Of a stretch of 64,000 nucleotides of DNA, positions 30,436 through 37,706 are shown one piece after another. The stretch lies in IMG/VR virus record IMGVR_UViG_3300034101_004588, positions 124,001 through 188,000 of that record; one strand, written 5' to 3'. Made by a program: the position numbers and the translations under genes. Under the pieces are notes generated by a model. It ran no database searches and was not told where the DNA came from. It worked only from the letters and a program-made list of their open reading frames with translations. Position 1 is the stretch's first letter, and every line of letters begins with the position of its first letter.

Positions 30436-30828
30436 TTAAAAACAAGAGTTATTGATTACTTTCCATGCATCGGTAATTCTGCAATAAGGAGATTGTTCGA
30501 ACATGTCCAATACTATTCCATCTTTAACTACAAAAACATGGGCTCTGATTCTTACATAATAAATTCCTGATGAATATTTCATTATAAATTTTCGTAAAGT
30601 TATCGGTTTTCTAAAATTTAATTTAAGAAAAGAATGACCCATATAGCTGCAACTTTTTTTCAAAAACCTTTTAATATGAAATCCTTTATTTGGTTTACGA
30701 CCAGCTCTCCATAACAAATCATAACATTTATGATAAGATGAATTTGTAGCTATTGCTAATGCTCTGACTGTGCAGTCATTCTTTTCCTGAGAAGGAGATT
30801 TAGCATTGTTATACTCAAATTTAATCAT
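30436..30828 (-). CDS. hypothetical phage protein
   Basis: DCTVRALAIA...HVFVVKDG pattern. Confidence 0.6.
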   Translation of the reverse strand: MIKFEYNNAKSPSQEKNDCTVRALAIATNSSYHKCYDLLWRAGRKPNKGFHIKRFLKKSCSYMGHSFLKLNFRKPITLRKFIMKYSSGIYYVRIRAHVFVVKDGIVLDMFEQSPYCRITDAWKVINNSCF

Positions 30829-30878
30829 ACTAAAAAATATTAAATTTTTTTATTAGGATAGGCAAGCTTAAAATACGT

Positions 30879-30906
30879 CCCCAGAAGATGTTTTCATCTT
30901 CTGGGG
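30879..30906 (-). terminator. hairpin terminator
   Basis: CCCCAGAAGATG-TTTT-CATCTTCTGGGG perfect 12-bp stem downstream of the DUF932 gene. Confidence 0.6.
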
Positions 30907-30935
30907 GTTAGTATAACCGGTTCTAACCTAATTAC

Positions 30936-31994
30936 TTAGTTTAAGATTACCTGATTCTCTTCTACGAACCCTGTTTTAGCAAAGTTAATGCCAAGACGAA
31001 GAGCTGCATCTTTAACCATTTTACCAGAACCAAAACCAATGTATTGGATTCTTCCGTCTTCGCCTGCTTTGGGTCTTTTATGGTGATCAACATATTCTGT
31101 TATGGCATTATAAGTACCCCACAAAGTACCTCTAACTCCTTTGATATCAGCTCCTTTACCAATTTCAACTAATTCCATAACATTATTAACTTCTGTAACC
31201 AAACGAGCTGGAGCTTTATCTTCTTCTGAAACATTACGATTTTCACTATTACCGTAAGGTCTTAAAGATTCTGCAATATATTGCTTCATTTGCTTTTCCT
31301 TAATATTAACTCTGGCAAACTTGCGATAAACTTCAGAAAGCTCATCATAAAATGCTCCGATTTGTCCGAGAAGAGTGCCGGCCACTTCTAATCGATCTGC
31401 TACATTGCCACGGTGTACAAGACGAACTTCTTCTTTTACATTGCGATTCAAAGATGCGGTTAAAGTATTCCAACATACAACTCGAACTGGAGTAACTCTA
31501 CCAGTAACAGAACCTTTACCATCATGACGGTTAGTAAGAAGAAAATATTTATCTACATAATCTTCTGCCAAAATCTTGATTTGTCCTTTAATTTTAGCTA
31601 AAAGCCAAATCAAACTACCGTTTTTCAAAGCCCCTGCAGTTTCATAAAGAGCTTCTCCTTCATCTACTGCTGCATCAAAAAAGCGAAATGCTTCTTTATT
31701 TTGTAAGGGTTTATAACCGTTTCCGACAATTCCTAAAACGGTTCCAGTGTCATTGCGTACAACAGCTTTGTGGGAATCCACATTTTGATCTGCTGTAAAC
31801 AATTCTTGCAATTCTACTTCATAATCTAAACCTGCTTGTTGCATGGCTTCTTCTGAAGTAAATGGTTTATCAAAACGATGACCGTATTGATGCCATGGTG
31901 TTTCTCCGGTGTAAGCTATTGCTGCCCGGCCTTTGCTCATATCTAGTTCGTGTGACATATATTTGTTTATTGTTAACAAAAAACATCTTAACAT
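30936..31994 (-). CDS. DUF932/DUF945 phage-plasmid protein (TIGR03299-like)
   Basis: AYTGETPWH, VGNGYKPLQNKEAF, ETAGALKNG, TPVRVVCWNT, GTLWGTYNAITEYVDH. Confidence 0.85.
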   Translation of the reverse strand: MLRCFLLTINKYMSHELDMSKGRAAIAYTGETPWHQYGHRFDKPFTSEEAMQQAGLDYEVELQELFTADQNVDSHKAVVRNDTGTVLGIVGNGYKPLQNKEAFRFFDAAVDEGEALYETAGALKNGSLIWLLAKIKGQIKILAEDYVDKYFLLTNRHDGKGSVTGRVTPVRVVCWNTLTASLNRNVKEEVRLVHRGNVADRLEVAGTLLGQIGAFYDELSEVYRKFARVNIKEKQMKQYIAESLRPYGNSENRNVSEEDKAPARLVTEVNNVMELVEIGKGADIKGVRGTLWGTYNAITEYVDHHKRPKAGEDGRIQYIGFGSGKMVKDAALRLGINFAKTGFVEENQVILN

Positions 31995-32054
31995 TGTTTA
32001 TGAGGACAATCAACAAAAATAAAAAAAGAATCTTTAATTGTATAAATATTAAAT

Positions 32055-32246
32055 ATGAATAAATTTTTAAAATTAGTTCTAGAAATTTTAAATGAGACAG
32101 AAACTATTGAAGCACCTACAAAACCCAAAACAACTCCTAAAAGACATCCATTTGCTCCAAAGCCTGGACAAACTCCAAAGCCTAGACCAAAAGCTTTAGA
32201 AGATAATGCTAGTGTAAAATTATTTAAAAAATTAAGATCAAAGTAA
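32055..32246 (+). CDS. small Pro/Lys-rich late protein
   Basis: upstream TAAATA; LVLE leader. Confidence 0.5.
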   Translation: MNKFLKLVLEILNETETIEAPTKPKTTPKRHPFAPKPGQTPKPRPKALEDNASVKLFKKLRSK

Positions 32247-33385
32247 TGAATTTAAAAGAAACAATATTAGAAGCTATTGATACTGGAGACTATCCAGATT
32301 TTATAAATCCGTCAAGAAAAGAGGCCATAGCTTCTGGGCAAGAAGAAATTACCGGAGTATTGCCGGACATAGGAGGTTCTGCTGCATCTTATTTAGAAAT
32401 TATTACTTCTAAAAATTATAATAAACTAATGCAAAGATTAGAATATTACTCAGGTGTATCAGCAAAAAATCAATCTTTACCTTCTTTGATATCTCAACTA
32501 TTTACTGGTGTCCAAAAAATACAAAGATTAGAAAACAAAAACAAAAAATTTTTAGAATCTTTATCTTTAGATTTAATATTATCTTTACCAGAATTTAAAC
32601 AAATAAAAGAATTGCATGATTCTGGAGATTTATTATTCGATGTGCAATTAGGACCTGCTGAGTTGCAAAATGTTATAACCCAAGCAGAAAAAGAAGCAGA
32701 AGAAAAAAATGCGGAAGCTCCAGAAGAAAATGAATTAAACGAAGGAGAATCTGAAGAAATGGCTTTGATTAAAGAATTGCAATCAGAAGAAAAAGCAGAA
32801 ACAATTTTACGTAGAAGATTAGCCAATACTATTATGCAAGGTATAGCTACTCATGGTTTATTTTTGTTTAATTTAGTAGAAGATAAACTTAATGAGTTAG
32901 ATAAAAATTTAATACCTTTATATGGTATGGTATCAGTATTAACTCAATTAGGATATTTTGCGGTTCCTGCTAATTTAAATTTAGGGGGCATGAGCCAAGA
33001 TGCTCAAGCTGGTAGTGAAGAAGTTATAGAAAATGAAGGAACCTATACTATAAAAGCTAGGGGATTGACATTTCCATTTTTAGTTCATGAAATTGTAAAA
33101 GGGATTTATGAATATATGGCTTTAGAAGGAGCAACTCCTAATGATACTTTAGAAGCTGAGATACCAGATATTATATATGGTCCGGAATTTTATAATTTAT
33201 TAACCCAATTTATACCAGATGACAAAAGAGAATTAATACCGTTAGTGTATAAAAAGTTTTTAGAAATTGATTTAGACGAAATCAAAGAAGTCTTAGCTGG
33301 TGGAGGTAAAGCCAAAGCTATTATAGATAGATTAGTAAATCTTGCAGATGAAGAAATGCAAGATTATGAAAAATACGAAGACTAA
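32246..33385 (+). CDS. acidic hypothetical protein
   Basis: 379-aa ORF, ETILE leader. Confidence 0.6.
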   Translation: MNLKETILEAIDTGDYPDFINPSRKEAIASGQEEITGVLPDIGGSAASYLEIITSKNYNKLMQRLEYYSGVSAKNQSLPSLISQLFTGVQKIQRLENKNKKFLESLSLDLILSLPEFKQIKELHDSGDLLFDVQLGPAELQNVITQAEKEAEEKNAEAPEENELNEGESEEMALIKELQSEEKAETILRRRLANTIMQGIATHGLFLFNLVEDKLNELDKNLIPLYGMVSVLTQLGYFAVPANLNLGGMSQDAQAGSEEVIENEGTYTIKARGLTFPFLVHEIVKGIYEYMALEGATPNDTLEAEIPDIIYGPEFYNLLTQFIPDDKRELIPLVYKKFLEIDLDEIKEVLAGGGKAKAIIDRLVNLADEEMQDYEKYED

Positions 33386-33822
33386 ATTTTAGGTATAAAT
33401 TTAGCTGTTGTATTAAAATTTTCTTGTCCTTGATCTACTAAAAGAACGTCAATACCTGCCATTATACAAAGAGTACAAACTTCAACGCTGTCATCAAGAT
33501 GAAGTTTGCTGTTAAGTTTTTTAATAAAAGGAATTTTATTTTTACCTTCTGTGCAAACAATAGATTTTATTGGAACTTCATACAATCTACAAAAACCTTC
33601 TACCTCTTTTTTATTATTCCAATTTCTAAACGTAACTATATGAATCTCATATCCTTTTTTGTGTTGGTCTTTTACAAAATCTATAATCCGTTGAATTGGT
33701 TTAAGAGTTGAGCCTCCCCAAGCAGTTGGTAATGTTTCCGCTAAACATTCATCAAAATCAACTGTTATTATTTTATTCATAATAAAATGGTAGGGAATGA
33801 CGGTTACGCTCCGCCGACCCAT
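33382..33822 (-). CDS. HAD-superfamily phosphatase-like protein
   Basis: TVDFDECL (DxD), VTFR, HLDDS; start probably MNKII. Confidence 0.7.
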   Translation of the reverse strand: MGRRSVTVIPYHFIMNKIITVDFDECLAETLPTAWGGSTLKPIQRIIDFVKDQHKKGYEIHIVTFRNWNNKKEVEGFCRLYEVPIKSIVCTEGKNKIPFIKKLNSKLHLDDSVEVCTLCIMAGIDVLLVDQGQENFNTTAKFIPKI

Positions 33823-33861
33823 GAGTGTAAATCACGTGTTTTACTATTAAACTAATTCCCC
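33788..33861 (-). tRNA. tRNA-Val(TAC), non-canonical T-loop
   Basis: loop TTTACAC; T-loop AGCGTAA; CCA encoded. Confidence 0.85.
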
Positions 33862-33863
33862 AA

Positions 33864-34127
33864 TTATCTTTTATACTTAAACCAAGCATACACTAAAATT
33901 GTGCACATAATAAGCCCAACACAATAATTTAAAAACCACCAAAGCCCAAAAGTTCCTAAAAACATATAAACCATCCCAGAAATATAACCTCCAATAGACA
34001 TAAGAATAAGAGTTAAAGAAACGTCTCGGGAAGATTTGTTTTGAAATATTTTAACAATTTGCGGAATGTAACAAAACATAAAACACAGAGTCATTACAAT
34101 TCCTGCAATTTCTTTTACTATTTCCAT
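33864..34127 (-). CDS. SemiSWEET/PQ-loop transporter
   Basis: YIPQIVKIFQNKSSRDVS; three TM helices, 87 aa. Confidence 0.8.
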   Translation of the reverse strand: MEIVKEIAGIVMTLCFMFCYIPQIVKIFQNKSSRDVSLTLILMSIGGYISGMVYMFLGTFGLWWFLNYCVGLIMCTILVYAWFKYKR

Positions 34128-34197
34128 TCAAGCATTATAGGTCTAACAGGCAAAGAATGCAACAACAAAATAGCTTTTATAAACTAAATATATAAGA

Positions 34198-34962
34198 ATG
34201 TTAAGTCATCATTTAGTAAGAATTTATTCTAATTTATTGCAAGAAGGATATTACGAAAATCAATTAAATCCAAAGTTTTGGAGTCCACAAGGAATTTTTG
34301 ATAGAAGTATAAGAGAAAAGCTGTTATCAATAGCTCATGAATTTTACGACAATTTAAAATTAGAAACTCCGATAATAGATATACAATTGACCGGATCTCT
34401 AGCAAATTATACCTACACAGATTATTCTGATTTAGATGTTCATATAATAATAGATTTTTCTAAAATCAATAAAGACGTAGAATTGGTTAAAAAAGCTCTA
34501 GACGGTATGAGATTTGTTTGGAATTTAAGGCACAATATAACTATTAAAGAACATGAAGTAGAAATGTATTTACAAGACATAAATGAAGTTCATTTGGCTT
34601 CTGGATTGTATAGTCTTATGGAAGATAAATGGCTTAAGAAACCAGTATATAATCCGCCAGAAATAGATGAAAAGGATGTAGATTTAAAATTTGAAGAATT
34701 TGCAAAAGAGATTACGCGTTTAGAAAATGTTTTAAATTTAACAAATTTAACTCGAGAAGAAGCTAAACATTTAAGAGAAAGAGCAATACACATTAAAGAT
34801 AAAATACAAAATGGAAGAAAACAATGCTTAGGTGTAGGTGTATATAATGAGTTTTGTGTCGAAAATTTAGTTTTTAAAAAATTACGCAATGCTGGTTTAA
34901 TTGCTAAATTAATAGAATTATCCAGTGAAGCTTACGATAAAATATATTCTGAAAGCGTTTAA
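34198..34962 (+). CDS. Pol-beta-superfamily nucleotidyltransferase
   Basis: TGSLANY...SDLDVH (GS-x-DxD), ENLVFKKLRN. Confidence 0.8.
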   Translation: MLSHHLVRIYSNLLQEGYYENQLNPKFWSPQGIFDRSIREKLLSIAHEFYDNLKLETPIIDIQLTGSLANYTYTDYSDLDVHIIIDFSKINKDVELVKKALDGMRFVWNLRHNITIKEHEVEMYLQDINEVHLASGLYSLMEDKWLKKPVYNPPEIDEKDVDLKFEEFAKEITRLENVLNLTNLTREEAKHLRERAIHIKDKIQNGRKQCLGVGVYNEFCVENLVFKKLRNAGLIAKLIELSSEAYDKIYSESV

Positions 34963-34963
34963 T

Positions 34964-35036
34964 TGGATCCTCCAGGATTCGAACCTAGAATGTAACGTCC
35001 GTAGCGTTAAGTGATAGTCCATTTCACTAAGGATCC
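34964..35036 (-). tRNA. tRNA-Arg(ACG)
   Basis: TAACG-CTACGGA-CGTTA. Confidence 0.9.
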
Positions 35037-35040
35037 TAAA

Positions 35041-35117
35041 TGGCGGAACCAAGGGGACTTGAACCCCTGGCCCCCTGCGTGACAGGCAGGTGCTCTAACC
35101 AACTGAGCTATGATTCC
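35041..35117 (-). tRNA. tRNA-Asp(GTC)
   Basis: CCTGC-CTGTCAC-GCAGG, CCA. Confidence 0.93.
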
Positions 35118-35121
35118 AAAA

Positions 35122-35195
35122 TGGTGCGGTGACACGGTTACGCTCCGAGGCCCGAAGTTTGGAAGACTCCTGTACTACTATTATACTACCACCGC
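35122..35195 (-). tRNA. tRNA-Gly(TCC), non-canonical T-loop
   Basis: loop CTTCCAA; T-loop AGCGTAA; CCA. Confidence 0.85.
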
Positions 35196-35203
35196 AAAAG
35201 ATT

Positions 35204-35294
35204 TGTGCTGTTATGGGTTCTGCCCTTTACTTACGTATGGTGACCCTACCACGTAGACCAATGCCAAGGGTTATTAGGTTCTTAACCACAGCAC
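35204..35294 (-). ncRNA. tRNA-like RNA of unknown identity
   Basis: acceptor-like GTGCTGT/ACAGCAC+A, D-like arm, long hairpin, GGGCAGAACCC; no proper anticodon arm. Confidence 0.45.
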
Positions 35295-35298
35295 AAAA

Positions 35299-35373
35299 TG
35301 GCATGTCGGGTGGGTAATGCTCCCACATAAGGCAGTTTTGGAGACTGCTGCATTGCTTGTCTGCCACCGACAT
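35299..35373 (-). tRNA. tRNA-Trp(CCA), non-canonical T-loop
   Basis: GCAGT-CTCCAAA-ACTGC; T-loop AGCATTA; CCA. Confidence 0.85.
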
Positions 35374-35380
35374 ATAAAAA

Positions 35381-35453
35381 TAGCGGAGGTGGGAGTTGAA
35401 CCCACCTATAGATGCTTATGAGACACCCCAATTCACCGGAATTGTACTCCGCA
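35381..35453 (-). tRNA. tRNA-Met(CAT), possibly initiator-like
   Basis: loop CTCATAA; 1:72 mismatch, but lacks the three G-C anticodon-stem pairs. Confidence 0.8.
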
Positions 35454-35454
35454 A

Positions 35455-35661
35455 TCAAATTACAAAAACTTTACATTTACCGTCTTTAGAATAATAAGAC
35501 ATAGCTTCTTCATAAGAATCAAACAAAACACAACTGCCATCAGAATAAATGGCTTTAAATTTAGTTGGATTCATTTTCAAAAAATCCATTGTCATGTCAA
35601 TTGCTTTTTTAATTGCTTGGTCTGATGTTTGATCTTCAAGACTATTACCACTGGTTATCAT
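35455..35661 (-). CDS. hypothetical protein
   Basis: ORF between tRNAs. Confidence 0.45.
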   Translation of the reverse strand: MITSGNSLEDQTSDQAIKKAIDMTMDFLKMNPTKFKAIYSDGSCVLFDSYEEAMSYYSKDGKCKVFVI

Positions 35662-35694
35662 TAAAATACTTAATGGGTCTTAGACCATTAAATG

Positions 35695-35779
35695 CGGGTG
35701 CAGAGGGAATCGAACCCCCGAGGGAATGGTTACCCCAGCTGATTTCAAGTCAGTGTCCTCGACCAACCGGACTACACCC
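35695..35779 (-). tRNA. tRNA-Ser(TGA), atypical D arm
   Basis: loop CTTGAAA, long V arm, G73. Confidence 0.75.
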
Positions 35780-35782
35780 TTT

Positions 35783-35977
35783 TTAAAATTTGTTATATTC
35801 TTTAGCAGTATCTACATAACCTTCATCTATTAAATATTTTTTTAAAGATTGAAAATCATCTCTAGATAAAGGTTTTTTAGTACGGATTTCTAAATCAAAT
35901 CCTTGTCCGTAAGGTTTAATAAAAACTTCAAATTTTCTTTTTTTAAATTCTAATTTTGTGTAATATGCATTTTTCAT
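35783..35977 (-). CDS. hypothetical protein
   Basis: ORF between tRNAs. Confidence 0.45.
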   Translation of the reverse strand: MKNAYYTKLEFKKRKFEVFIKPYGQGFDLEIRTKKPLSRDDFQSLKKYLIDEGYVDTAKEYNKF

Positions 35978-36165
35978 AAATTGTTTTTAACCCATGATAT
36001 TTCTAAAGTGTATCCTAACCAGGACACACCATACTTTGCACACGATGTAAAATTGTAATAAGAAAAATTAGGTATTTTAAAAAATATTGGCCATTTCCAT
36101 AAACCAAAATTATATCTGCCTAATATAAGCCAATTGAATGTTGGTAGTATTGTTTGAGTTTTCAT
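35974..36165 (-). CDS. hypothetical protein (start corrected to MKTQT to avoid the tRNA-Ser overlap)
   Basis: the track ORF 35974..36255 runs through the tRNA. Confidence 0.4.
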   Translation of the reverse strand: MKTQTILPTFNWLILGRYNFGLWKWPIFFKIPNFSYYNFTSCAKYGVSWLGYTLEISWVKNNL

Positions 36166-36177
36166 AAAAATATTTAA

Positions 36178-36265
36178 CGGAGCGAGCAGGATTTGAACCT
36201 GCGGAGGATTATTAGCCCTCGAAGCTTTAGCAAAGCTTTGTTTTAAACCACTCAACCACCGCTCC
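36178..36265 (-). tRNA. tRNA-Ser(GCT)
   Basis: AAGCT-TTGCTAA-AGCTT, long V arm, G73. Confidence 0.9.
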
Positions 36266-36271
36266 TTAAAA

Positions 36272-36353
36272 TGCTCAATGAGGGAGTCGAACCCACACGC
36301 CTTGCGGCTACAGATCCTAAGTCTGTCGTGTCTGCCAATTTCACCAATTGAGC
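36272..36353 (-). tRNA. tRNA-Leu(TAG)
   Basis: ACAGA-CTTAGGA-TCTGT, V arm GCCGCAAGGC. Confidence 0.9.
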
Positions 36354-36355
36354 TT

Positions 36356-36426
36356 TGGAGAATACCAGAGTCGAACTGGTGACACCTGAATGCAAATCAG
36401 GAGTTATACCACTTAACTAATTCCCC
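36356..36426 (-). tRNA. tRNA-Ala(TGC)
   Basis: loop TTTGCAT; G3-U70. Confidence 0.9.
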
Positions 36427-36530
36427 GAAAGAGTGAGACGTTTACCCGCGACGTCTCAGGATCAATCTTAACTCTTCCTAGAGAGAACCCTGGAAAAAGA
36501 ATGTCGGCTCCATTTACAAGATTAACCCAA
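36427..36530 (-). ncRNA. candidate structured RNA upstream of tRNA-Ala
   Basis: 11-bp helix 36518-36528/36459-36469 and 8-bp hairpin TGAGACGT/ACGTCTCA. Confidence 0.35.
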
Positions 36531-36535
36531 TTGTT

Positions 36536-36643
36536 TTACTTTACGGTGCAAACAGTCGTCTTACCACTTGGTTTACATTCTTTTTTTGATGCACATGCGG
36601 TAAGGGTCATAATTGCCACGATTGTTAGAATAATGTATTTCAT
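36536..36643 (-). CDS. 35-aa lipoprotein (not in ORF track)
   Basis: MKYIILTIVAIMTLTAC-ASKKECKPSGKTTVCTVK; LTAC lipobox; upstream TTGATA-16-TATAAT and TAAATA. Confidence 0.65.
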   Translation of the reverse strand: MKYIILTIVAIMTLTACASKKECKPSGKTTVCTVK

Positions 36644-36686
36644 AGAATCTTTATTATAATACTTTTATTTATAATATCAACTGTTG

Positions 36687-36759
36687 GTTGCTCGACGGGG
36701 TTCGAACCCGCTCCGACAGAATCACAATCTGTAATGCTTACCGTTACACTACAAGCAAC
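36687..36759 (-). tRNA. tRNA-His(GTG)
   Basis: loop TTGTGAT; encoded G-1:C73. Confidence 0.9.
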
Positions 36760-36770
36760 ATTAAAAGTTT

Positions 36771-36843
36771 TGGAGCAGGACTTACTTTTGTGCACTTTCC
36801 AATTACACAAAACGCCTAATACCAGAGGGTTGGTGGTTACTCC
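36771..36843 (-). ncRNA. tRNA-like three-way-junction RNA
   Basis: GGAGTA/TGCTCC+A closing stem, ACCA/TGGT hairpin, 9-bp TTTTGTGTA/TGCACAAAA hairpin. Confidence 0.35.
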
Positions 36844-36851
36844 AAAAAATA

Positions 36852-36924
36852 TCGGGATAGAGGGGCTCGAACTCTCAATCTCCTGCTCCCAAAGCAGGCG
36901 CCTTAACCGTTGGGCTATATCCCG
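36852..36924 (-). tRNA. tRNA-Pro(TGG)
   Basis: CCTGC-TTTGGGA-GCAGG, C1-G72. Confidence 0.92.
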
Positions 36925-36930
36925 TAAAAA

Positions 36931-37149
36931 TTATTTTTTAATTAAATTTCTTTTTTTAATTTCTGTTAAAAACTCCTCAGCTAATGTATTAAAATTTATA
37001 TTTAAAGCCCATTCATAATAATATAAAAGCTCTTTGTTAGTCATTTTAGATTCGTGTTTTAAAGATCTTATTATTTTTAAACCAAAAAAATTTAAAAAAA
37101 TTTCCAAAAAATTCACAATTAATAATACCTTAGAAAAACTTAAAATCAA
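36931..37149 (-). CDS. hypothetical protein
   Basis: AT-rich ORF between tRNAs. Confidence 0.4.
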   Translation of the reverse strand: MILSFSKVLLIVNFLEIFLNFFGLKIIRSLKHESKMTNKELLYYYEWALNINFNTLAEEFLTEIKKRNLIKK

Positions 37150-37157
37150 GAAAATAA

Positions 37158-37228
37158 TCCCTCCTCAAGGTACTGCCCCTTGTTCTATCGGTTATCAACC
37201 GATTGTAATGCTACTATACTAAAGAGGG
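37158..37228 (-). tRNA. tRNA-Ile(GAT), non-canonical T-loop
   Basis: ATCGG-TTGATAA-CCGAT; T-loop GGCAGTA. Confidence 0.85.
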
Positions 37229-37230
37229 GA

Positions 37231-37350
37231 AGGGCGTGTTTTTGTCCCGGAAACCGAAGGCGTCCCAACTTAATGTGTACCGGTTTTGTTATCACGCTAA
37301 TCACCCGATTGGTGCGCATCAACATCATTGAGAGGCGTTCCGGGTCTACT
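37231..37350 (-). ncRNA. candidate late-expressed structured RNA (about 110 nt)
   Basis: closing helix CCCGGAA/TTCCGGG, GC-rich; TAAATA at 37355-37360 just upstream. Confidence 0.45.
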
Positions 37351-37369
37351 ATAATATTTAGTTAGTATT

Positions 37370-37580
37370 TGAAGAGTTTTGCTCCGGAAATTGTCTCTTC
37401 TTCAACGAGACCGGGCATGGAGCCCGGAATCATCCGTCTAGCCTGTATTGAATCTAATGCATGGAGTCATAGTTTTACGCAGCCTGACTCGTCCAGCAAC
37501 AGTAAGAAAGTCCCAACACACTAACAGGCAAAGACTATCTTACCTGGATCTGGTTTATTTGCTGCTGCCAGATCCGTTAT
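37370..37580 (-). ncRNA. candidate multi-pseudoknot ncRNA (about 210 nt)
   Basis: seven helices found by eye, two of them pseudoknots; upstream TTGCAA-16-TAGTAT. Confidence 0.55.
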
Positions 37581-37620
37581 CTTTATACTATAGCAATATT
37601 TTATATTTGCAAATAGAAAA

Positions 37621-37697
37621 TGGAGTATCGGGTCAGACTTGCACTGACTAATGAAAGTTTTGCAGACTATCGCTTCGACTACTTTAGCTTCCGATAC
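37621..37697 (-). tRNA. tRNA-Cys(GCA), T-loop TGCAAGT
   Basis: loop CTGCAAA, U73, CCA. Confidence 0.85.
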
Positions 37698-37706
37698 TTT
37701 AAAATG

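Noticed and set aside
35695-35779. tRNA-Sec
   Set aside because: The anticodon reads TGA (Ser) rather than TCA, and the acceptor/T stems are 7/5.
36495-36590. Degenerate tRNA (AAGAATGT...ACATTCTT ends, CAAGTGGTAAG D-loop-like)
   Set aside because: No valid anticodon or T arm; most of it is better explained as the 3' part of the 35-aa lipoprotein ORF.
37370-37580. Group I intron, RNase P RNA or hammerhead
   Set aside because: Only fragments resemble them (AAGATAGTC, TCCGGGCTCC, CGGATGA); the order and partner motifs are missing.
35129-37651. Plus-strand ORFs at 35129, 36734, 37034, 37180 and 37448
   Set aside because: Antisense shadows of tRNAs and structured RNAs, with no protein-like features.
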